DNA of 64,000 nucleotides from an uncultured Actinomycetota bacterium (GTDB lineage Bacteria; Actinomycetota; Acidimicrobiia; Spongiisociales; UBA4744): NCBI GenBank assembly GCA_963707435.1, contig CAVPPF010000005.1, positions 390,832 to 454,831 of the forward strand, read 5' to 3'. Shown piece by piece: positions 55,759 to 64,000 of this stretch (position 1 is its first letter; each line of letters starts with the position of its first letter). The notes under the pieces were generated by a model. It saw only the letters and a program-made list of their open reading frames with translations, ran no database searches and was not told where the DNA came from. The position numbers and the translations under genes were made by a program.

Positions 55759-56082
55759 TCAGCGGGTCGGTATCTCTTCGAAGGACGGAAAGAGGCGATC
55801 GGCCCCCGGAACCTGCGCCAGGCTCAGGTAGTCGGCGTGCGTCCGTTTCTGGGTCCAGACCGCCATGACCCGCTCGTTCTCCGAGGAGCGAGCCGGGGCG
55901 TCATCGTCGGCCCATTCGACCACCTGCAGGTAGACGTCGGTACCTGCCTTGAGGATCATGGCCGGCCAGTCGCTGATCAAGCCTTCGTCGCGCATGGTGG
56001 CAAGGTCCTGACGAAGTGCTTCCAGGAAGAGCTCTTCATGGCCGGCATGCACCCGGTAGGCGCCGATGGCGATCAATCCCAT
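55759..56082 (-). CDS. ABM (antibiotic biosynthesis monooxygenase-like) domain protein
   Basis: ATG at 56082 after aggagaca. About 105 aa with an ABM-like pattern (MGLIAIGAYRVHAGHEELF...WADDDA...). Confidence 0.45.
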   Translation of the reverse strand: MGLIAIGAYRVHAGHEELFLEALRQDLATMRDEGLISDWPAMILKAGTDVYLQVVEWADDDAPARSSENERVMAVWTQKRTHADYLSLAQVPGADRLFPSFEEIPTR

Positions 56083-56164
56083 GGTGTCTCCTGAATCACG
56101 AGGGAACGGTACACCAGCCACTGTCTCGAGGTCTTTCATTGTGGTCGGTTACAATATGCTCCTC

Positions 56165-56262
56165 ACGGGAGCTCGGTGTACCGGGCTGAGAGGGAGGCAG
56201 CAGAAGCCTCCGACCGTTTGAACCTGTCCCGGGTAATGCCGGCGTAGGAAGCTCTCTCAGCT
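56165..56262 (+). promoter_or_regulatory. TPP (thiamine pyrophosphate) riboswitch controlling thiBPQ
   Basis: THI-box hallmarks gggctgagag and gtttgaacctgtcccgggtaatgccggcgtaggaa. The P1 helix ggagct/agctct. A duplicated cctccgacc element near the RBS aaggaacggag. Confidence 0.8.
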
Positions 56263-56291
56263 CGGCCCTCCGACCAAAGGAACGGAGCGCC

Positions 56292-57374
56292 ATGTTTGCC
56301 AATCATCCGAAGCGGTCGGTGCGGATCCTCGCCGCCACCGCGGTGCTCGTCGGCGTCGCCGGATGCTCGGGTACAGCGACCACCACGACCGCGGGGGCGA
56401 CGGGCGAACCGGTTGAGGTTGTGCTGATGACCCACGACTCTTTCGCGGTCTCCGATGAACTCCTGGCCTCCTTCGCCACCGAGACCGGCATCCAGATCAA
56501 GATCCTCCGGGCCGGCGACACCGGTGCAATGGTCAACCAGGCAGTCCTCACCAAGGACAATCCGCTGGCCGACGTGATGTTCGGTGTCGACAACAGCTTC
56601 CTGTCGAGGGCCTTAGACGCAGGGGTTTTCGAACCGTACGAGTCTCCGCTCCTGGCGTCCGTGCCCGATCAGTTGGAGGCCGACCCTCGCGTGACTCCTA
56701 TCGACTTCGGAGATGTGTGCGTCAACTGGGACAAGGAGTACTTCGCAGACGCCGAACTGCCGGCGCCGGAGCAGCTGCGCGATCTCACCGATCCCGCCTA
56801 CCGCGGGTTGCTCGTCGTGCAGAACCCGGCGACCTCCTCCCCCGGGCTGGCCTTCCTCTACAGCACCATCGCGAAGTTCGGGGAGACCGGCGACTACACG
56901 TGGATCGACTACTGGGCCGACCTGCGCGACAACGACGTCCTGGTGACCTCCGGCTGGGAAGAGGCCTACTACTCCTACTTCACGGCCGCTTCGGACGGTG
57001 ACCGGCCCATCGTGGTGTCCTACGCGTCGTCGCCGCCCTTCGAGGTGATCTACGCCTCCGAACCGATCGATGAGCCCCCGACCGCAGTCATGATCGACGG
57101 ATGCTTCCGTCAGATCGAGTACGCCGGGATCGTCGCCGGAACCGGAGTGCGACCGGCCGCGGAGCAGGTCATTGATTTCCTGCTCTCGATCCCGTTCCAG
57201 AACGAGATCCCGCTCTCCATGTTCGTGTTTCCGGCCAATGAGGACGCCACGCTGCCTCCTGCGTTCGTCGAATTCGCCGTCGTTCCCTCCGATCCCCTGT
57301 CGCTGCCCGGTGGGGAAATCGAGACCAACGTTCGGCGGTGGATCACGGAGTGGACGGAAGTCGTGACCGGGTGA
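56292..57374 (+). CDS. thiB: Thiamine ABC transporter substrate-binding lipoprotein
   Basis: Signal peptide plus lipobox (LVGVAGCSG). Periplasmic binding protein fold 2. Position behind the TPP riboswitch. Confidence 0.7.
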   Translation: MFANHPKRSVRILAATAVLVGVAGCSGTATTTTAGATGEPVEVVLMTHDSFAVSDELLASFATETGIQIKILRAGDTGAMVNQAVLTKDNPLADVMFGVDNSFLSRALDAGVFEPYESPLLASVPDQLEADPRVTPIDFGDVCVNWDKEYFADAELPAPEQLRDLTDPAYRGLLVVQNPATSSPGLAFLYSTIAKFGETGDYTWIDYWADLRDNDVLVTSGWEEAYYSYFTAASDGDRPIVVSYASSPPFEVIYASEPIDEPPTAVMIDGCFRQIEYAGIVAGTGVRPAAEQVIDFLLSIPFQNEIPLSMFVFPANEDATLPPAFVEFAVVPSDPLSLPGGEIETNVRRWITEWTEVVTG

Positions 57375-59002
57375 TCTCCCCAGACCGGCGCCGCCGCCTC
57401 CGGGCCTTCATCCTCGTTGCCGTTCCGCTCAGCTTTCTCGCCTACTTCTTCGTCTACCCGGTCGCCAGCATTCTGGGAATCAGCCTCTTCGGTGACGCGG
57501 GTTTTTCGATCGCCGCCTTCTCGGCCGTCGCCACGAGGTCCTCTCTGCGGGGAGCTATCTGGTTCACCGTTTGGCAGGCAACCGCATCCACCTTGCTGAC
57601 GCTGATCGTTGCCATGCCGGCTGCGTACGTGTTCGCCCGGTTCTCCTTTCCCGGCAAGAGCTTCTTCCGGGCGGCCATCACCGTCCCGTTTGTTCTGCCC
57701 ACCGTGGTCGTCGGAGCGGCCTATCTGGCCTTGCTCGGTCCCGGTGGTCCGCTCGGCATGGACCTCCGCCAGACCATCTGGGCGATTCTCATCGCTCACG
57801 TCTTCTACAACTACGCGGTGGTAGTGAGAACGGTCGGTGGGTTGTGGGCGCACCTCGATCCCCGGCTGGAGGAAGCCGCCCGCATGCTGGGCGCCGGCCG
57901 GTGGCAGACCTTCCGGGAGGTGTCGCTTCCGCTCCTCCGCCCGGCCATTGCCGCCGCCGCCTCCATCGTGTTTCTCTTCACGTTCACATCGTTCGGAGTA
58001 GTTCTGATCCTCGGCGGATTCGAGTTCTCGACGATCGAAGTCGAGATCTGGCGCCAAACCACCGCGTTCCTCGATCTCCCCGTTGCGGGAGCCCTGGCGG
58101 TGGTTCAGCTCGTCGGTATCTCGTCGATCCTGGTGGCCTACTCCCGCTACCAGGAGCGGCGCAGCACGGAACTCCAGCTGCGCCCGGTCCTCGAGGTTGC
58201 CCGCCGTCCCCGGGGTTGGCGAGAGGCCGGATTGGTGTGGGGAGTGCTCGGGTTCACCGGCGTGTACCTCGGGACCCCTCTGGCGGTACTCGTCGGCCGA
58301 TCGTTGCGGGTCGGAGACGGCTACGGCTTCGATGCCTACCGGAATCTGGGGAGCGCAGGTTCCAGCCTGGTCGCCCCGGTAGGAGCGATCGGGAACTCCG
58401 TCCTGTTCGCCGCCGGGGCCACACTCATCGCGCTCACGGTTGGAACCATGGCCGCCGGCCTCATCGCCTACCACCGCACCACCGTTTCGCGCTGGTTCGA
58501 CGTGCTGCTCATGCTTCCGCTCGGGACTTCGGCGGTGACCATCGGGTTCGGATTCCTGGTCGCCCTCGATACCCCGATCGACCTGCGGACCGCACCGATC
58601 CTGGTGCCGATCGCTCACGCCCTCGTGGCCATCCCGTTCGTGGTGCGCACCGAGGTACCGGTGATGCGGTCGGTGCGGTCCCGGCTGCGAGAGGCCGGGG
58701 CAGTCCTCGGCGCCCCGCCCGGAAGGGTCTGGCGCGAAATCGATCTGCCACTCATCTTCCGCTCGATGCTGGTCGGGGCAGGGTTCGCCTTTGCGATCTC
58801 GCTGGGCGAGTTCGGGGCAACATCGTTCATTGCCCGTCCCGACTCCCCCACCCTGCCGGTCGCCATCTTCGCGCTGCTGGGCCGGGCCGGAGCAGTCAAC
58901 TTCGGACAGGCCATGGCGTTGAGCGTGATCCTGATGGGCCTCACGGCCGCGTCGATTCTCGCCATCGAGCGGTTCCGTATCGGCGAGATGGGAGAGTTCT
59001 GA
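57371..59002 (+). CDS. thiP: Thiamine ABC transporter permease (duplicated TMD)
   Basis: GTG overlaps the thiB stop (GTGA). Two EAA-loop-containing halves. Confidence 0.65.
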   Translation: MISPDRRRRLRAFILVAVPLSFLAYFFVYPVASILGISLFGDAGFSIAAFSAVATRSSLRGAIWFTVWQATASTLLTLIVAMPAAYVFARFSFPGKSFFRAAITVPFVLPTVVVGAAYLALLGPGGPLGMDLRQTIWAILIAHVFYNYAVVVRTVGGLWAHLDPRLEEAARMLGAGRWQTFREVSLPLLRPAIAAAASIVFLFTFTSFGVVLILGGFEFSTIEVEIWRQTTAFLDLPVAGALAVVQLVGISSILVAYSRYQERRSTELQLRPVLEVARRPRGWREAGLVWGVLGFTGVYLGTPLAVLVGRSLRVGDGYGFDAYRNLGSAGSSLVAPVGAIGNSVLFAAGATLIALTVGTMAAGLIAYHRTTVSRWFDVLLMLPLGTSAVTIGFGFLVALDTPIDLRTAPILVPIAHALVAIPFVVRTEVPVMRSVRSRLREAGAVLGAPPGRVWREIDLPLIFRSMLVGAGFAFAISLGEFGATSFIARPDSPTLPVAIFALLGRAGAVNFGQAMALSVILMGLTAASILAIERFRIGEMGEF

Positions 59003-59035
59003 TGGGTCATTGGATCGCAGGAGCCGGCACCCCTC

Positions 59036-60046
59036 ATGCTTGAAGCACGCAACCTGACCGTCCGGTTCGGAGCAAAGATCGCTCTCGACCGGGTCAGCCT
59101 CACCGTGACCGACGGTGAGAGTCTCGCCGTGCTGGGACCGAGCGGGAGCGGCAAGACCACCCTGCTGCGGGTGATCGCCGGCCTGCAGGCGGCCGACTCC
59201 GGCACGCTCTCCTGGGATGGCCGGCCGATCGACCACATCGCCGCCCACGAGCGCGGCTTCGGACTCATGTTCCAGGACTACGCCCTGTTCCCGCATAGAA
59301 CCGTGGCAGGGAACGTCGCCTTTGGCCTGCGGATGGCAAACATGCCTGCGGATCAAATCCGCCAACGGGTCGCTGTGGTGCTCGACTGGGTGGGGCTGCC
59401 CGGCTACGAGAGCCGGTCGGTCGGAAACCTGTCCGGAGGCGAGCAGCAGCGGGTAGCGCTGGCCCGGGCCCTCGCCCCCGCACCCCGCATGCTGATGCTG
59501 GACGAACCCGTCGGTTCCCTGGATCGCGGGATGCGCGAACGGCTGGTCGGTGAGCTTCGCCGGCTCTTCGTCGAGCGGGGCATCACCACGCTCTACGTGA
59601 CCCACGACCAGGAGGAGGCCTTCGGTCTGGCAGACCGGATTGTCATCATGAAGGACGGCGCCGTCGCCCAGGAGGGAACCCCCGAAGAGGTCTGGCACCA
59701 CCCCGCCGGTGAGTGGGTGGCCCGGTTCCTCGGTTTCGACAACATCACCGACGCCACCCTGGCGGACGGGTTCGCCGAAACGCCTTTCGGCCGGTTCCCC
59801 ATCACGGGCCGGGTGTCGGGCCGGCACCGGCTGGTCATCCGACCCGACGGGTTCTCCGTTTCCTCAACCGGGACCGTCCGGGGAACGGTGGTCGCCAGGA
59901 GCTTCCGCGGCGGGCACTACCAGCTGCAGGTAGCAACCGGGGACGGAACCCTCCTCGAAATGGAACTCGTCGAGCACCCCGTCCCGGCCGTCGGCAAGGA
60001 CGTGAGGTTGGCCATCGACCCCGAAGCCGCGGTGGTCCTGGACTGA
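59036..60046 (+). CDS. thiQ: Thiamine ABC transporter ATP-binding protein
   Basis: Walker A GPSGSGKT. Signature LSGGEQQRVALARAL. Walker B LMLDEP. C-terminal TOBE-like domain. Confidence 0.75.
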   Translation: MLEARNLTVRFGAKIALDRVSLTVTDGESLAVLGPSGSGKTTLLRVIAGLQAADSGTLSWDGRPIDHIAAHERGFGLMFQDYALFPHRTVAGNVAFGLRMANMPADQIRQRVAVVLDWVGLPGYESRSVGNLSGGEQQRVALARALAPAPRMLMLDEPVGSLDRGMRERLVGELRRLFVERGITTLYVTHDQEEAFGLADRIVIMKDGAVAQEGTPEEVWHHPAGEWVARFLGFDNITDATLADGFAETPFGRFPITGRVSGRHRLVIRPDGFSVSSTGTVRGTVVARSFRGGHYQLQVATGDGTLLEMELVEHPVPAVGKDVRLAIDPEAAVVLD

Positions 60047-60051
60047 CCAAC

Positions 60052-60106
60052 CCCGTTCTTGCGTCAGAAACCTGCGCATATGCGCGGGAACTGACGCAAG
60101 AACGGG
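60052..60106. terminator. Perfect 16-bp-arm inverted repeat (CCCGTTCTTGCGTCAG / CTGACGCAAGAACGGG) with a 23-nt loop that holds the palindrome GCGCATATGCGC. Candidate terminator of thiBPQ or operator of the downstream gene.
   Basis: The arms are exact reverse complements. Confidence 0.5.
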
Positions 60107-60141
60107 AAAAGGGGGTGTTCGGGGCGGCTACCCTGGCCGCT

Positions 60142-61155
60142 ATGAAGGCGTGGGTGCTGCACGACATCGGCGGGCCGCAGTCCTTCGTGCTCGAAGAAAC
60201 CGCAACGCCCGAACCAGGCCCGGGTGAAGTGCGGGTCAAACTGACCGCTTCCGCCCTCAATCACCTGGACATCTGGACCTCGTTGGGGATGCCGAAGCCG
60301 CACCTGCCGCATGTGGCCGGTGCCGACGGCGCCGGAGTGGTAGACGCAGTCGGCGAGGGTGTCACCTCGGTCCGACGAGGCGCGGAAGTGGTGGTCAATC
60401 CCAGTGTCGGATGTGGCGCCTGCCCGGCGTGCCTGCGAGGTGATACCCCTCTGTGCACGACCTACCAGATCCTCGGCGAGCACCGCTGGGGCACCCTGGC
60501 CGAGTACGTCGTGATCCCGGACCGGAACGTGCTCCCGAAGCCGGACGAGATGGCCTGGGAAGCGGCGGCCGCCTACGGGTTGGTGACGGGGACCGCCTAC
60601 CGGATGCTGCGGAGGGCCCGTCTCAGCCCCGGAGATGTGCTCCTCGTCGTTGGTGTGGGCGGCGGAGTGTCGAGTGCCGGCCTGGCGCTCGGCAAGGCAA
60701 TGGGCGCCACCGTGTATGTGACCTCGACGAACACCGACAAGATCTGCCGGGCCATTCAGATGGGTGCCGCCGGTGGTTTCAACTCGACCAACCTGTTCGC
60801 CAAAGACATCAAACAGGAACTCGGCCACGGTGTGGACGTGGTACTGGAAAACGTCGGTCCGGCAACCTGGGAACAGTCGGTCCGGTCACTCGAACCGGGT
60901 GGAAGGCTCATCACCTGTGGATCGACGAGTGGCAACAAAGTCGAGATAACCGTCCCATACCTTTTCTTCAAGCACCTCGAGATCATCGGATCGACCATGT
61001 TCGACTACGACGAGTTCGCCGCAGTGACCGAACTAGTCGGAGACGGCCGGGTGCCGGTAACCGTCGATAGCGTCTTCGATTTCGAGGCGCTGCCGGCCGC
61101 CCTGACCCGGCTGGAAGCCGGACAGCAACTCGGCAAGATCATTCTTCGTTTCTAG
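60142..61155 (+). CDS. Zn-dependent alcohol dehydrogenase / quinone oxidoreductase (MDR superfamily)
   Basis: MKAWVLHDIGGPQSF...GEVRVKL N-terminus. GxGxxG-like LVVGVGGGVSSAG. An alternative GTG start at 60115 is possible. Confidence 0.7.
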   Translation: MKAWVLHDIGGPQSFVLEETATPEPGPGEVRVKLTASALNHLDIWTSLGMPKPHLPHVAGADGAGVVDAVGEGVTSVRRGAEVVVNPSVGCGACPACLRGDTPLCTTYQILGEHRWGTLAEYVVIPDRNVLPKPDEMAWEAAAAYGLVTGTAYRMLRRARLSPGDVLLVVGVGGGVSSAGLALGKAMGATVYVTSTNTDKICRAIQMGAAGGFNSTNLFAKDIKQELGHGVDVVLENVGPATWEQSVRSLEPGGRLITCGSTSGNKVEITVPYLFFKHLEIIGSTMFDYDEFAAVTELVGDGRVPVTVDSVFDFEALPAALTRLEAGQQLGKIILRF

Positions 61156-61264
61156 CCGACCGTCCTGCCCGGGCTCTATACTCCCCCGCTGTTCGCCACC
61201 TGGCGCGCCTCTCGACAGCAGGGCTAACCTGTGCGACGCAAGCCAATCGGCGAGCAACCCCTAT

Positions 61265-61342
61265 GGGGGCGTGGTGAAGCCTGGAGTTCACGCCGGCCTG
61301 TCAAGCCGGAGGTCGCGGGTTCAAATCCCGTCGCTCCCGCCA
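61265..61342 (+). tRNA. tRNA-Asp (anticodon GTC)
   Basis: Manual cloverleaf: acceptor GGGGGCG/CGCTCCC, anticodon arm CCGGC-CTGTCAA-GCCGG, T-arm GCGGG-TTCAAAT-CCCGT, 3' CCA. Confidence 0.75.
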
Positions 61343-61376
61343 GTGGTTCTACAACTGCGCCCGGCGGGGCGCACCC

Positions 61377-61452
61377 GGCCAGGTAGCTCAGTTGGCAGAG
61401 CACAGGTCTGAAAAACCTGGGGTCGGCAGTTCGATTCTGCCCCTGGCCACCA
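61377..61452 (+). tRNA. tRNA-Phe (anticodon GAA)
   Basis: Acceptor GGCCAGG/CCTGGCC, anticodon arm CAGGT-CTGAAAA-ACCTG, T-arm GGCAG-TTCGATT-CTGCC, CCA. Confidence 0.85.
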
Positions 61453-61454
61453 GC

Positions 61455-61506
61455 AAAACCCCAGCGTGAGAGGCTATTTTAGCCCTACTAGCTGGGGTTT
61501 TCCGTT
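61455..61506 (+). terminator. Rho-independent terminator after the tRNA-Asp/tRNA-Phe pair
   Basis: AAAACCCCAGC ... GCTGGGGTTTT stem followed by a T-tract. Confidence 0.65.
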
Positions 61507-61722
61507 TAGGACACTTTTCACTACCACCTGGCCTTTTTCAACGGTTTTCAACATCTCAGCACAAATAGAGCACAAATGGAGGTGAGCCTTTGTGCGGATT
61601 CGGGCCGACTCTTGTCGTGGTCCCTGCCAGGAATCCGTGTCTTCGATGCCGGTGGTACCGGTGAACGCCGACTCCCTTTGCGTGACCTGGAATCGGTATC
61701 CGTCACCCGTTGGTCGGTCCGG

Positions 61723-63189
61723 TTATCCGGCGGCGAAGGAACCCGGCGATAGTCGAACTGCCCGACAGTCGATGATGCGGCCGGCTGCGTCCCGGTATTC
61801 GATAGTCAGAGAGCCGGGAATGTCGGGAGGGGTTTCGAGTACGAAGCGAGCATGGCTGCTTTCGGACCGGTAGATCTTGTCGCCATAGCGCAGTTCGGCG
61901 GACACCGTCGCAATAGGGGGCCTTCCGGCGTTGGTGAGTTCAGCGGGTTCGGGGTAGGAGAACTCAGCGATCCATTCATTGGCTTCTTGGCGTACGGAAG
62001 CGGAGAGGTATCCGAACTCATCAAGATCGTCCATGGTTGATGCTTGGGACACCAAGGTGACCGGAGCGTTGAGTGCGTAGATGGTTTGGGTACCGATGGA
62101 GACGCGACGACCGTCAACCTCGATGTCGAATCCCATGGAGTCGGTTCCGTCAGAGCCTCCGACGAAGTCCAGCTTGCCTTCCCATCCGAGAACCTCCCGG
62201 ATGAAGGCGACCGCAACCGCTTCGTGGTCAACCTCGTAGGCTGCCTCACCCGCCGCCACCCGGAACTCGTCGAGGGTGCGGACCGGCCAGATTCCCATTG
62301 TGGTGCTTGCAGTGCAGGCGAGATCATCGGCTATGGCGAACGCGACATGCAAGGCCCAGTTCCAGGAGATTTCGCCCTCGATGTAGATCTCCCGATCGCC
62401 ACACAGCAACGCCACTCGGACATCGGGGATGGACTCGGCGAGTACCGCGGGCGTGCCCTGAGGTTGGCTGGTCACAAACACCCGGTTGCGTTCGTTGATG
62501 TCGATGTAGATCTCAGCTCGCTCTCCTGCCTGGTTCGCTTGGGCTACCTCGGGAACGAACCCGAGATTGTGCAGCGCATCGAGGAGCCACTGTTCTTCCG
62601 GAGACGGGGCATAGGTGTCCGGCGGGTCCGCGACCTCAAAGGGTTCGAGCAGGGCGTCGTAGTAGGCAACACGTTCGTCCACTGTTGCGAGTCTCACCCG
62701 AATGACCCAAGCGACATCAGGATCAGGAACAACAAACCGAACGTGCCCGGTTCCGAATTCGTCCACCGCAAGGCTTACGTCCCTTCGAGGTTCCGCGACA
62801 GTCCACGCCACTGCCGACACCCGGGTCGCAGGACCGGACTCGAAGTAAACATCAACCTTGCCTCCCTTGGATGTCACAGGGAAATCGGCGTGATCGGCGA
62901 AGCTGTCAGCGTCGTAGCCGGGACAACTCCAACTCTGGAAGGGAACGACCTGTTCGACCTCGCCGACGAAACGCACCGATTGCGGCGGGTCCGTTCCAGC
63001 ATCTTGATCGGAACACAGGGAGCGGATCGTCACCGCAGTGGTTTGAGAAGAAACGGTGACCGTACCGTCCACTGCTGGCGAACTCGTACACGCCGCAACC
63101 AACAGGACTATCGGCAATACGGTCAAGACCGAGTGCAACCACCAACTCCGAACCGGTCTTCCTAGGCTCACAACAGCGACATCTTCCAT
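61723..63189 (-). CDS. Hypothetical lipoprotein (488 aa)
   Basis: N-terminal signal peptide with lipobox LLVAAC. No recognisable catalytic motif. Confidence 0.5.
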   Translation of the reverse strand: MEDVAVVSLGRPVRSWWLHSVLTVLPIVLLVAACTSSPAVDGTVTVSSQTTAVTIRSLCSDQDAGTDPPQSVRFVGEVEQVVPFQSWSCPGYDADSFADHADFPVTSKGGKVDVYFESGPATRVSAVAWTVAEPRRDVSLAVDEFGTGHVRFVVPDPDVAWVIRVRLATVDERVAYYDALLEPFEVADPPDTYAPSPEEQWLLDALHNLGFVPEVAQANQAGERAEIYIDINERNRVFVTSQPQGTPAVLAESIPDVRVALLCGDREIYIEGEISWNWALHVAFAIADDLACTASTTMGIWPVRTLDEFRVAAGEAAYEVDHEAVAVAFIREVLGWEGKLDFVGGSDGTDSMGFDIEVDGRRVSIGTQTIYALNAPVTLVSQASTMDDLDEFGYLSASVRQEANEWIAEFSYPEPAELTNAGRPPIATVSAELRYGDKIYRSESSHARFVLETPPDIPGSLTIEYRDAAGRIIDCRAVRLSPGSFAAG

Positions 63190-63550
63190 CTTCTACTGCT
63201 TCAACGCTACCGGGGTTTGGCCAGTTCCACCCAGCAACAGTCACACCCGACCGGGTCTGGCAACATCCGCTCAAATGACATCAAGAAGCCCCCGAATGGG
63301 GTGGAGTGGTGACTCCCGCTCAGTTTCTACCACCCGCTCCCCTATGTGCACCGTCTCTATCCACGCGAACTCTCAGGAGTCACCCGATGTCACGAACCGT
63401 GGCCCACCAGCGCCGCAACACCCGCACGCTGACGTGCCAATCGGGCGCACTTGATTGCGAGGAGGTGCGTTATCGCTCATATCTGGCGATCGGGGTGGTT
63501 GTGTCCGGCGCTCTCCTCAAGCGGGTGTTGGTGGAGCCTATGGTTGATGG

Positions 63551-64000
63551 GTGCGATTCTTGCTTGCTGGTGTGAGCCTTGTTTTGGCGTTGGCTGCTTG
63601 CGCGGAGCCGGGGGTGCCTAGTGGCGAGCCTGTGCCCTCCTCGACCTCGACCACCGGGTCGGCGGTTTCGCCCGATGCAGACGCACCGGTATCCGAGACA
63701 CCAACTGTGACCGTTGCTCTACCCAACGGGACAACCGAAGATATTCGGACAGCTGCGGGCACCGGGACGGTGCCGTCGGTCGAGGGAATCCCATGCGAGT
63801 TCACAACCATCGATCCGGCGCCCGGCGAGTATGCACCGCCACCGATCGCCGCGGTGATCGAGTGGGGTGGATACGAGGCGTACGGTGGCCGCTGGCATGA
63901 GCCCAGAACCGGTCGCATCGTCGAGGGGTTACCTCCAACCCCGCTGGTAGTTGGCATCGTCGGAGATGCTGCTGCCTTCGATGAGTGGCTGGATGTTGAA
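63551..64000 (+). CDS. Putative lipoprotein, 3'-truncated by the window end
   Basis: GTG 63551 after ggtggag. VRFLLAGVSLVLALAAC lipobox. The frame is open to the window end. Confidence 0.45.
   Translation, partial: MRFLLAGVSLVLALAACAEPGVPSGEPVPSSTSTTGSAVSPDADAPVSETPTVTVALPNGTTEDIRTAAGTGTVPSVEGIPCEFTTIDPAPGEYAPPPIAAVIEWGGYEAYGGRWHEPRTGRIVEGLPPTPLVVGIVGDAAAFDEWLDVE

Noticed and set aside
18438-61452. tRNA-bounded genomic island / prophage
   Set aside because: No integrase, excisionase, phage structural genes or direct repeat of a tRNA 3' end was found. The GC content looks uniform.
61592-61873. 93-aa plus-strand ORF after the tRNA terminator
   Set aside because: It overlaps the 3' end of the better-supported minus-strand lipoprotein gene in antisense. 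No RBS.
63538-63957. 139-aa minus-strand ORF at the window end
   Set aside because: Low-complexity translation. The plus strand encodes a convincing lipoprotein signal peptide in an open frame that continues beyond the window.

Overview
High-GC (about 65-70%) chromosomal segment of actinobacterial type. Supporting genes include an MMPL transporter, a LigD-type Prim-Pol domain, an LPXTG anchor, a mycothiol-type DinB_2 domain, DUF3159 and a PspC/LiaF-like triad. GGAGG-type ribosome-binding sites are common. Positions 1-12856 are one giant LPXTG-anchored repeat adhesin of more than 4200 aa, and its 5' end lies before the window. It has an SdrD-B/Cna-B-like domain, a proprotein-convertase P-domain, about 20 DUF11-like repeats of roughly 114 aa, about 13 Cys-containing repeats of roughly 100 aa, and cadherin/He_PIG-like Ig modules. 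It contains a perfect 1.04-kb internal duplication, and many single-nucleotide frameshifts in its 3' third. Next come a uracil/xanthine permease and an unusual fusion of an Endo IV-like AP endonuclease with a LigD-type primase-polymerase domain. These are followed by a beta-carbonic anhydrase, tRNA-Lys, Dps, a frameshifted MMPL transporter divergent from an AONS-family PLP acyltransferase, and a sensor kinase. The most striking part is an island of about 26 kb (25.1-51.1 kb), bracketed by two paralogous orphan receiver proteins. It holds two giant paralogous secreted proteins of about 2800 and 2300 aa. Each has an N-terminal signal peptide, a parallel beta-helix, a GGPTxTHAL...SPAIDAG module, dozens of tandem PLSAI pentapeptide repeats (15-nt DNA period), a conserved His/Cys domain that is a putative clan-CD-like cysteine peptidase, and HYR/Ig domains. 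One of them also carries RTX Ca-binding repeats. Between them sits a STAND-type class III adenylate cyclase (cyclase-AAA-TPR). Next to them is a co-directional operon: MBL-fold hydrolase, cNMP-binding patatin phospholipase (NTE family), PAS protein, MBL-fold hydrolase. Together this looks like a cyclic-nucleotide signalling/effector module, and the LtrA-family gene just downstream (49468-50670) also falls inside the receiver-bracketed interval. The right part is housekeeping: two small membrane/DUF proteins (DUF3159, DUF427), FabH, the PspC-LiaF-like triad, an ABM monooxygenase, a TPP riboswitch controlling thiBPQ, a quinone oxidoreductase, tRNA-Asp and tRNA-Phe with a terminator, and two lipoprotein genes. 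Six or more genes carry single-nucleotide indel frameshifts, often in homopolymers. This suggests error-prone sequencing rather than real pseudogenes and needs read-level confirmation. No CRISPR array, integrase or transposase was seen.
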